Shown: positions 1 through 10,371 of the stretch, one piece after another | Position numbering within the stretch: the stretch's first letter is position 1 | Layout: each line of letters starts with the position of its first letter | From: Eledone cirrhosa | Taxonomy: Eukaryota | Assembly (NCBI GenBank): GCA_964016885.1 | Contig: CAXHJY010000853.1 | Span: forward strand, 1 to 42,000 | Direction: 5' to 3' | Length of the DNA: 42,000 nucleotides | Position numbers and translations under genes: made by a program | The notes under the pieces: model-generated | Told to the model about the DNA's origin: nothing | Databases searched by the model: none | Seen by the model: the letters and a program-made list of their open reading frames with translations, nothing else

Positions 1-376
1 CGATTGAAAAGGTAACTCCGCCGGCAAATCGTCATTTTTGGATTCGTTTTCTTCGAAGCACACCATTCGCCGGCGGACTTTGTTGACGTTTAACACGGTT
101 TGGTTCCACAGCCACAACTATTGATTTTACGGAGATATCTTGCTGAAATTCACGCCGCACATAGCCAATGAGTGTCTGCACATGTACCAGTAATTACAGA
201 TCGATCCGACCACGGGCGGCCGGTCCGCGATTGAAAAGGTAACTCCGCCGGCAAATCGTCATTTTTGGATTCGTTTTCTTCGAAGCACACCATTCGCCGG
301 CGGACTTTGTTGACGTTTAACACGGTTTGGTTCCAGAGCCACAACTATTGAATTCACGGAGATATCTTGCTGAAAT

Positions 377-603
377 TCACGCCACACATAGCCAATGAGT
401 GTCTGCACATGTACCAGTAATTACAGATCGATCCGACCACGGGCGGCCGGCCCGCGATTGAAAAGGTAACTCCGCCGGCAAATCGTCATTTTTGGATTCG
501 TTTTCTTCGAAGCACACCATTCGCCGGCGGACTTTGTTGACGTTTAACACGGTTTGGTTCCACAGCCACAACTATTGATTTTACGGAGATATCTTGCTGA
601 AAT
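377..603 (+). repeat. Representative long (L) monomer, 227 bp = 158-bp core (377-534) + 69-bp L tail (535-603)
   Basis: Period 227 (150, 377, 604, 831, 1058). Tail is TGTTGACGTTTAACACGGTTTGGTTCCACAGCCACAACTATTGATTTTACGGAGATATCTTGCTGAAAT. L-core markers: CCCGCGATTG, AAATCGTCATTTTTGGATTCGTTTTC, CGCCGGCGGAC. Confidence 0.97.
468..534. other. Imperfect inverted repeat within each monomer core (19-bp arms, 29-nt spacer); example copy
   Basis: AACTCCGCCGGCAAATCGT (468-486) against ACCATTCGCCGGCGGACTT (516-534): 16/19 complementary, including a perfect 9-bp TCCGCCGGC/GCCGGCGGA stem. Confidence 0.8.
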
Positions 604-1057
604 TCACGCCGCACATAGCCAATGAGTGTCTGCACATGTACCAGTAATTACAGATCGATCTGACCACGGGCGGCCGGCCCGCGATTGAAAAGGTAACTCC
701 GCCGGCAAATCGTCATTTTTGGATTCGTTTTCTTCGAAGCACACCATTCGCCGGCGGACTTTGTTGACGTTTAACACGGTTTGGTTCCACAGCCACAACT
801 ATTGATTTTACGGAGATATCTTGCTGAAATTCACGCCGCACATAGCCAATGAGTGTCTGCACATGTACCAGTAATTACAGATCTATCCGACCACGGGCGG
901 CCGGCCCGCGATTGAAAAGGTAACTCCGCCGGCAAATCGTCATTTTTGGATTCGTTTTCTTCGAAGCACACCATTCGCCGGCGGACTTTGTTGACGTTTA
1001 ACACGGTTTGGTTCCACAGCCACAACTATTGATTTTACGGAGATATCTTGCTGAAAT

Positions 1058-4000
1058 TCACGCCACACATAGCCAATGAGTGTCTGCACATGTACCAGTA
1101 ATTACAGATCGATCCGACCACGGGCGGCCGGCCCGCGATTGAAAAGGTAACTCCGCCGGCAAATCGTCATTTTTGGATTCGTTTTCTTCGAAGCACACCA
1201 TTCGCCGGCGGACTTCAGCTTCCGCATTTAGCATGGGCAGCTTTTCTTGAAAATCACACCACACACAGCAAATGTGTGTCTGCACATGGACCAGTAATTA
1301 CAGATCGATCCGACCACAGGCGGCCGGCCCACGATCGAAAAGGTAACTCCGCCGGCAAATTCGCATTTTTGTGGTTCGTTTCTTCGAAGCACACCATTCG
1401 ATGGTGGACTGCAGCTTCCGCATTTAGCATGGGCAGCTTTTCTTGAAAATCACACCACACACGACCAATGAGTGTCTGCACATATGCCAGTAATTACAGA
1501 TCGATCCGACCACGGGCGGCCGGCCCACGATCGAAAAGGTAACTCCGCCGGCAAATTCGCATTTTTGTGATTCGTTTCTTCGAAGCACACCATTCGCTGG
1601 TGGACTTCAGCTTCCGCATTTAGCATGGGCAGCTTTTTTTGCAAATCACACCACACACGGCAAATGTGTGTCTGCACATGGACCAGTAATTACAGATCGA
1701 TCCGACCAGATGCGGCCGGCCCACGATCGAAAAGGTAACTCCGCCGGCAAATTCGCATTTTTGTGATTCGTTTCTTCGAAGCACACCATTCGCTGGTGGA
1801 CTTCAGCTTCCGCATTTAGCATGGGCAACTTTTCTTGAAAATCACACCACACACAGTCAATGAGTGTCTGCACATGGACCAGTAATTACAGATCGATCCG
1901 ACCACGGGCGGCCGGCCCGCGATTGAAAAGGTAACTCCGCCGGCAAATCGTCATTTTTGGATTCGTTTTCTTCGAAGCACACCATTCGCCGGCGGACTTT
2001 GTTGACGTTTAACACGGTTTGGTTCCACAGCCACAACTATTGAATTTACGGAGATATCTTGCTGAAATTCACGCCACACATAGCCAATGAGTGTCTGCAC
2101 ATGTACCAGTAATTACAGATCGATCCAACCACGGGCGGCCGGCCCGCGATTGAAAAGGTAACTCCGCCGGCAAATCGTCATTTTTGGATTCGTTTTCTTC
2201 GAAGCACACCATTCGCCGGCGGACTTCAGCTTCCGCATTTAGCATGGGCAGCTTTTCTTGAAAATCACACCACACACAGCAAATGTGTGTCTGCACATGG
2301 ACCAGTAATTACAGATCGATCCGACCACAGGTGGCCGGCCCACGATCGAAAAGGTAACTCCGCCGGCAAATTCGCATTTTTGTGATTCGTTTCTTCGAAG
2401 CACACCATTCGATGGTGGACTGCAGCTTCCGCATTTAGCATGGGCAGCTTTTCTTGAAAATCACACCACACACGACCAATGAGTGTCTGCACATATACCA
2501 GTAATTACAGATCGATCCGACCACGGGCGGCCGGCCCACGATCGAAAAGGTAACTCCGCCGGCAAATCGTCATTTTTGGATTCGTTTTCTTCGAAGCACA
2601 CCATTCGCCGGCGGACTTTGTTGACGTTTAACACGGTTTGGTTCCACAGCCACAACTATTGATTTTACGGAGATATCTTGCTGAAATTCACGGCACACAT
2701 AGCCAATGAGTGTCTGCACATGTACCAGTAATTACAGATCGATCCGACCACGGGCGGCCGGCCCGCGATTGAAAAGGTAACTCCGCCGGCAAATCGTCAT
2801 TTTTGGATTCGTTTTCTTCGAAGCACACCATTCGCCGGCGGACTTTGTTGACGTTTAACACGGTTTGGTTCCACAGCCACAACTATTGAATTTACGGAGA
2901 TATCTTGCTGAAATTCACGCCACACATAGCCAATGAGTGTCTGCACATGTACCAGTAATTACAGATCGATCCGAGCACGGGCGGCCGGCCCGCGATTGAA
3001 AAGGTAACTCCGCCGGCAAATCGTCATTTTTGGATTCGTTTTCTTCGAAGCACACCATTCGCCGGCGGACTTCAGCTTCCGCATTTAGCATGGGCAGCTT
3101 TTCTTGAAAATCACACCACACACAGCAAATGTGTGTCTGCACATGGACCAGTAATTACAGATCGATCCGACCACAGGCGGCCGGCCCACGATCGAAAAGG
3201 TAACTCCGCCGGCAAATTCGCATTTTTGTGGTTCGTTTCTTCGAAGCACACCATTCGATGGTGGACTGCAGCTTCCGCATTTAGCATGGGCAGCTTTTCT
3301 TGAAAATCACACCACACACGACCAATGAGTGTCTGCACATATGCCAGTAATTACAGATCGATCCGACCACGGGCGGCCGGCCCACGATCGAAAAGGTAAC
3401 TCCGCCGGCAAATTCGCATTTTTGTGATTCGTTTCTTCGAAGCACACCATTCGCTGGTGGACTTCAGCTTCCGCATTTAGCATGGGCAGCTTTTTTTGCA
3501 AATCACACCACACACGGCAAATGTGTGTCTGCACATGGACCAGTAATTACAGATCGATCCGACCAGATGCGGCCGGCCCACGATCGAAAAGGTAACTCCG
3601 CCGGCAAATTCGCATTTTTGTGATTCGTTTCTTCGAAGCACACCATTCGCTGGTGGACTTCAGCTTCCGCATTTAGCATGGGCAACTTTTCTTGAAAATC
3701 ACACCACACACAGTCAATGAGTGTCTGCACATGGACCAGTAATTACAGATCGATCCGACCACGGGCGGCCGGCCCGCGATTGAAAAGGTAACTCCGCCGG
3801 CAAATCGTCATTTTTGGATTCGTTTTCTTCGAAGCACACCATTCGCCGGCGGACTTTGTTGACGTTTAACACGGTTTGGTTCCACAGCCACAACTATTGA
3901 ATTTACGGAGATATCTTGCTGAAATTCACGCCACACATAGCCAATGAGTGTCTGCACATGTACCAGTAATTACAGATCGATCCGACCACGGGCGGCCGGC

Positions 4001-7000
4001 CCGCGATTGAAAAGGTAACTCCGCCGGCAAATCGTCATTTTTGGATTCGTTTTCTTCGAAGCACACCATTCGCCGGCGGACTTTGTTGACGTTTAACACG
4101 GTTTGGTTCCACAGCCACAACTATTGAATTTACGGAGATATCTTGCTGAAATTCACGCCACACATAGCCAATGAGTGTCTGCACATGTACCAGTAATTAC
4201 AGATCGATCCGACCACGGGCGGCCGGCCCGCGATTGAAAAGGTAACTCCGCCGGCAAATCGTCATTTTTGGATTCGTTTTCTTCGAAGCACACCATTCGC
4301 CGGCGGACTTCAGCTTCCGCATTTAGCATGGGCAGCTTTTCTTGAAAATCACACCACACACAGCAAATGTGTGTCTGCACATGGACCAGTAATTACAGAT
4401 CGATCCGACCACAGGTGGCCGGCCCACGATCGAAAAGGTAACTCCGCCGGCAAATTCGCATTTTTGTGATTCGTTTCTTCGAAGCACACCATTCGATGGT
4501 GGACTGCAGCTTCCGCATTTAGCATGGGCAGCTTTTCTTGAAAATCACACCACACACGACCAATGAGTGTCTGCACATATACCAGTAATTACAGATCGAT
4601 CCGACCACGGGCGGCCGGCCCACGATCGAAAAGGTAACTCCGCCGGCAAATCGTCATTTTTGGATTCGTTTTCTTCGAAGCACACCATTCGCCGGCGGAC
4701 TTTGTTGACGTTTAACACGGTTTGGTTCCACAGCCACAACTATTGATTTTACGGAGATATCTTGCTGAAATTCACGGCACACATAGCCAATGAGTGTCTG
4801 CACATGTACCAGTAATTACAGATCGATCCGACCACGGGCGGCCGGCCCGCGATTGAAAAGGTAACTCCGCCGGCAAATCGTCATTTTTGGATTCGTTTTC
4901 TTCGAAGCACACCATTCGCCGGCGGACTTTGTTGACGTTTAACACGGTTTGGTTCCACAGCCACAACTATTGATGTTACGGTGATATCTTGCTGGAATTC
5001 ACGCCGCACATAGCCAATGAGTGTCTGCACATGTACCAGTAATTACAGATCGATCCGACCACGGGCGGCCGGCCCGCGATTGAAAAGGTAACTCCGCCGG
5101 CAAATCGTCATTTTTGGATTCGTTTTCTTCGAAGCACACCATTCGCCGGCGGACTTTGTTGACGTTTAACACGGTTTGGTTCCACAGCCACAACTATTGA
5201 ATTTACGGAGATATCTTGCTGAAATTCACGCCACACATAGCCAATGAGTGTCTGCACATGTACCAGTAATTACAGATCGATCCGAGCACGGGCGGCCGGC
5301 CCGCGATTGAAAAGGTAACTCCGCCGGCAAATCGTCATTTTTGGATTCGTTTTCTTCGAAGCACACCATTCGCCGGCGGACTTCAGCTTCCGCATTTAGC
5401 ATGGGCAGCTTTTCTTGAAAATCACACCACACACAGCAAATGTGTGTCTGCACATGGACCAGTAATTACAGATCGATCCGACCACAGGCGGCCGGCCCAC
5501 GATCGAAAAGGTAACTCCGCCGGCAAATTCGCATTTTTGTGGTTCGTTTCTTCGAAGCACACCATTCGATGGTGGACTGCAGCTTCCGCATTTAGCATGG
5601 GCAGCTTTTCTTGAAAATCACACCACACACGACCAATGAGTGTCTGCACATATGCCAGTAATTACAGATCGATCCGACCACGGGCGGCCGGCCCACGATC
5701 GAAAAGGTAACTCCGCCGGCAAATTCGCATTTTTGTGATTCGTTTCTTCGAAGCACACCATTCGCTGGTGGACTTCAGCTTCCGCATTTAGCATGGGCAG
5801 CTTTTTTTGCAAATCACACCACACACGGCAAATGTGTGTCTGCACATGGACCAGTAATTACAGATCGATCCGACCAGATGCGGCCGGCCCACGATCGAAA
5901 AGGTAACTCCGCCGGCAAATTCGCATTTTTGTGATTCGTTTCTTCGAAGCACACCATTCGCTGGTGGACTTCAGCTTCCGCATTTAGCATGGGCAACTTT
6001 TCTTGAAAATCACACCACACACAGTCAATGAGTGTCTGCACATGGACCAGTAATTACAGATCGATCCGACCACGGGCGGCCGGCCCGCGATTGAAAAGGT
6101 AACTCCGCCGGCAAATCGTCATTTTTGGATTCGTTTTCTTCGAAGCACACCATTCGCCGGCGGACTTTGTTGACGTTTAACACGGTTTGGTTCCACAGCC
6201 ACAACTATTGAATTTACGGAGATATCTTGCTGAAATTCACGCCACACATAGCCAATGAGTGTCTGCACATGTACCAGTAATTACAGATCGATCCGACCAC
6301 GGGCGGCCGGCCCGCGATTGAAAAGGTAACTCCGCCGGCAAATCGTCATTTTTGGATTCGTTTTCTTCGAAGCACACCATTCGCCGGCGGACTTCAGCTT
6401 CCGCATTTAGCATGGGCAGCTTTTCTTGAAAATCACACCACACACAGCAAATGTGTGTCTGCACATGGACCAGTAATTACAGATCGATCCGACCACAGGT
6501 GGCCGGCCCACGATCGAAAAGGTAACTCCGCCGGCAAATTCGCATTTTTGTGATTCGTTTCTTCGAAGCACACCATTCGATGGTGGACTGCAGCTTCCGC
6601 ATTTAGCATGGGCAGCTTTTCTTGAAAATCACACCACACACGACCAATGAGTGTCTGCACATATACCAGTAATTACAGATCGATCCGACCACGGGCGGCC
6701 GGCCCACGATCGAAAAGGTAACTCCGCCGGCAAATCGTCATTTTTGGATTCGTTTTCTTCGAAGCACACCATTCGCCGGCGGACTTTGTTGACGTTTAAC
6801 ACGGTTTGGTTCCACAGCCACAACTATTGATTTTACGGAGATATCTTGCTGAAATTCACGGCACACATAGCCAATGAGTGTCTGCACATGTACCAGTAAT
6901 TACAGATCGATCCGACCACGGGCGGCCGGCCCGCGATTGAAAAGGTAACTCCGCCGGCAAATCGTCATTTTTGGATTCGTTTTCTTCGAAGCACACCATT

Positions 7001-7309
7001 CGCCGGCGGACTTTGTTGACGTTTAACACGGTTTGGTTCCACAGCCACAACTATTGATGTTACGGTGATATCTTGCTGGAATTCACGCCGCACATAGCCA
7101 ATGAGTGTCTGCACATGTACCAGTAATTACAGATCGATCCGACCACGGGCGGCCGGCCCGCGATTGAAAAGGTAACTCCGCCGGCAAATCGTCATTTTTG
7201 GATTCGTTTTCTTCGAAGCACACCATTCGCCGGCGGACTTTGTTGACGTTTAACACGGTTTGGTTCCACAGCCACAACTATTGATTTTACGGAGATATCT
7301 TGCTGAAAT
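1058..7309. repeat. Higher-order repeat 1: three copies of S4-L(1-2)-S2-L(2-3), of 1857, 2311 and 2084 bp
   Basis: Units start at 1058, 2915 and 5226 with the same ordered SNP variants, e.g. GACCAGATGCGG in monomers 1646/3503/5814, CACAGGTGGCC in 2265/4349/6433, TCACGGCACAC in 2688/4772/6856. Unit lengths differ by whole 227-bp monomers. Confidence 0.92.
1450..1645 (+). repeat. Representative short (S) monomer, 196 bp = 158-bp core + 38-bp S tail
   Basis: Period 196 (1058, 1254, 1450, 1646, 1842). Tail consensus is CAGCTTCCGCATTTAGCATGGGCAGCTTTTCTTGAAAA. S-core markers: CCCACGATCG, AAATTCGCATTTTTGTGATTCGTTTC, CGCTGGTGGAC. Confidence 0.97.
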
Positions 7310-10300
7310 TGACGCCACACATAGCCAATGAGTGTCTGCACATGTACCAGTAATTACAGATCGATCCGAGCACGGGCGGCCGGCCCGCGATTGAAAAGGT
7401 AACTCCGCCGGCAAATCGTCATTTTTGGATTCGTTTTCTTCGAAGCACACCATTCGCCGGCGGACTTCAGCTTCCGCATTTAGCATGGGCAGCTTTTCTT
7501 GAAAATCACACCACACACAGCAAATGTGTGTCTGCACATGGACCAGTAATTACAGATCGATCCGACCACAGGCGGCCGGCCCACGATCGAAAAGGTAACT
7601 CCGCCGGCAAATTCGCATTTTTGTGGTTCGTTTCTTCGAAGCACACCATTCGATGGTGGACTGCAGCTTCCGCATTTAGCATGGGCAGCTTTTCTTGAAA
7701 ATCACACCACACACAGCCAATGTGTGTCTGCACATGGACCAGTAATTACAGATCGATCCGACCATAGGCGGCCGGCCCACGATCGAAAAGGTAACTCCGC
7801 CGGCAAATTCGCATTTTTGTGATTCGTTTCTTCGAAGCACACCATTCGCTGGTGGACTTCAGCTTCCGCATTTAGCATGGGCAACTTTTCTTGAAAATCA
7901 CACCACACACAGGCAATGAGTGTCTGCACATGTACGAGTAATTACAAATCGATCCGACCACGGGCGGCCGGCCACGATCGAAAAGGTAACTCCGCCGGCA
8001 AATTCGCATTTTTGTGATTCGTTTCTTCGAAGCACACCATTCGCTGGTGGACTTCAGCTTCCTCATTTAGCATGGGCAGCTTTTCTTGAAAATCACACCA
8101 CACACAGCCAATGAGTGTCTGCACATATACCAGTAATTACAGATCGATCCGACCACGGGCGGCCGGCCCACGATCGAAAAGGTAACTCCGCCGGCAAATT
8201 CGAATTTTTGTGATTCGTTTCTTCGAAGCACACCATTCGCTGGTGGACTTCAGCTTCCGCATTTAGCATGGGCAACTTTTCTTGAAAATCACACCACACA
8301 CGGCAAATGTGTGTCTGCACATGGACCAGTAATTACAGATCGATCCGACCAGAGGCGGCCGGCCCACGATCGAAAAGGTAACTCCGCCGGCAAATTCGCA
8401 TTTTTGTGATTCGTTACTTCGAAGCACACCATTCGCTGGTGGACTTCAGCTTCCGCATTTAGCATGGGCAACTTTTCTTGAAAATCACACCACACACAGT
8501 CAATGAGTGTCTGCACATGGACCAGTAATTACAGATCGATCCGACCACGGGCGGCCGGCCCGCGATTGAAAAGGTAACTCCGCCGGCAAATCGTCATTTT
8601 TGGATTCGTTTTCTTCGAAGCACACCATTCGCCGGCGGACTTTGTTGACGTTTAACACGGTTTGGTTCCACAGCCACAACTATTGATGTTACGGAGATAT
8701 CTTGCTGAAATTCACGCCGCACATAGCCAATGAGTGTCTGCACATGTACCAGTAATTACAGATCGATCCGACCACGGGCGGCCGGCCCGCGATTGAAAAG
8801 GTAACTCCGCCGGCAAATCGTCATTTTTGGATTCGTTTTCTTCGAAGCACACCATTCGCCGGCGGACTTCAGCTTCCGCATTTAGCATGGGCAGCTTTTC
8901 TTGAAAATCACACCACACACAGCAAATGTGTGTCTGCACATGGACCAGTAATTACAGATCGATCCGACCACAGGCGGCCGGCCCACGATCGAAAAGGTAA
9001 CTCCGCCGGCAAATTCGCATTTTTGTGATTCGTTTCTTCGAAGCACACCATTCGATGGTGGACTGCAGCTTCCGCATTTAGCATGGCAGCTTTTCTTGAA
9101 AATCACACCACACACAGCCAATGAGTGTCAGCACATATACCAGTAATTACAGATCGATCCGACCACGGGCGGCCGGCCCACGATCGAAAAGGTAACTCCG
9201 CCGGCAAATTCGCATTTTTGTGATTCGTTTCTTCGAAGCACACCATTCGCTGGTGGACTTCAGCTTCCGCATTTAGCATGGGCAGCTTTTTTTGCAAATC
9301 ACACCACACACGGCAAATGTGTGTCTGCACATGGACCAGTAATTACAGATCGATCCGACCAGAGGCGGCCGGCCCACGATCTAAAAGGTAACTCCGCCGG
9401 CAAATTCGCATTTTTGTGATTCGTTTCTTCGAAGCACACCATTCGCTGGTGGACTTCAGCTTCCGCATTTAGCATGGGCAACTTTTCTTGAAAATCACAC
9501 CACACACAGTCAATGAGTGTCTGCACATGGACCAGTAATTACAGATCGATCCGACCACGGGCGGCCGGCCCGCGATTGAAAAGGTAACTCCGCCGGCAAA
9601 TCGTCATTTTTGGATTCGTTTTCTTCGAAGCACACCATTCGCCGGCGGACTTTGTTGACGTTTAACACGGTTTGGTTCCACAGCCACAACTATTGATGTT
9701 ACGGAGATATCTTGCTGAAATTCACGCCGCACATAGCCAATGAGTGTCTGCACATGTACCAGTAATTACAGATCGATCCGACCACGGGCGGCCGGCCCGC
9801 GATTGAAAAGGTAACTCCGCCGGCAAATCGTCATTTTTGGATTCGTTTTCTTCGAAGCACACCATTCGCCGGCGGACTTTGTTGACGTTTAACACGGTTT
9901 GGTTCCACAGCCACAACTATTGAATTTACGGAGATATCTTGCTGAAACTCACGCCACCCATAGCCAATGAGTGTCTGCACATGTACCAGTAATTACAGAT
10001 CGATCCGACCACAGGCGGCCGGCCCACGATCGAAAAGGTAACTCCGCCGGCAAATTCGCATTTTTGTGATTCGTTTCTTCGAAGCACACCATTCGCTGGT
10101 GGACTTCAGCTTCCGCATTTAGCATGGGCAGCTTTTCTGGAAAATCACACCACACACAGTCAATGAGTGTCTGCACATGTACCAGTAATTACAGATCGAT
10201 CCGACCACGGGCGGCCGGCCCACGATCGAAAAGGTAACTCCGCCGGCAAATTCGCATTTTTGTGATTCGTTTCTTCGAAGCACACCATTCGCCGGCGGAC

Positions 10301-10371
10301 TTTGTTGTCGTTTAACACGGTTTGGTTCCACAGCCACAACTATTGATTTTACGGAGATATCTTGCTGAAAT

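Noticed and set aside
497-530. CENP-B box-like motif (TTCG-containing segments)
   Set aside because: None of the TTCG sites is followed by the required NNNNANNCGGG pattern on either strand.
556-567. Pol III B-box, or tRNA/5S-derived repeat (GGTTCCACAGCC)
   Set aside because: It does not fit GGTTCGANNCC, and I see no matching A box, cloverleaf or 5S rRNA similarity.
377-1645. Hammerhead ribozyme, as found in newt, schistosome and cricket satellites
   Set aside because: No CUGANGA core was found on either strand of the L or S consensus. The closest are CTGAAAT, CTGAAGT and the rare variant CTGATGG. An Infernal search would be the definitive test.
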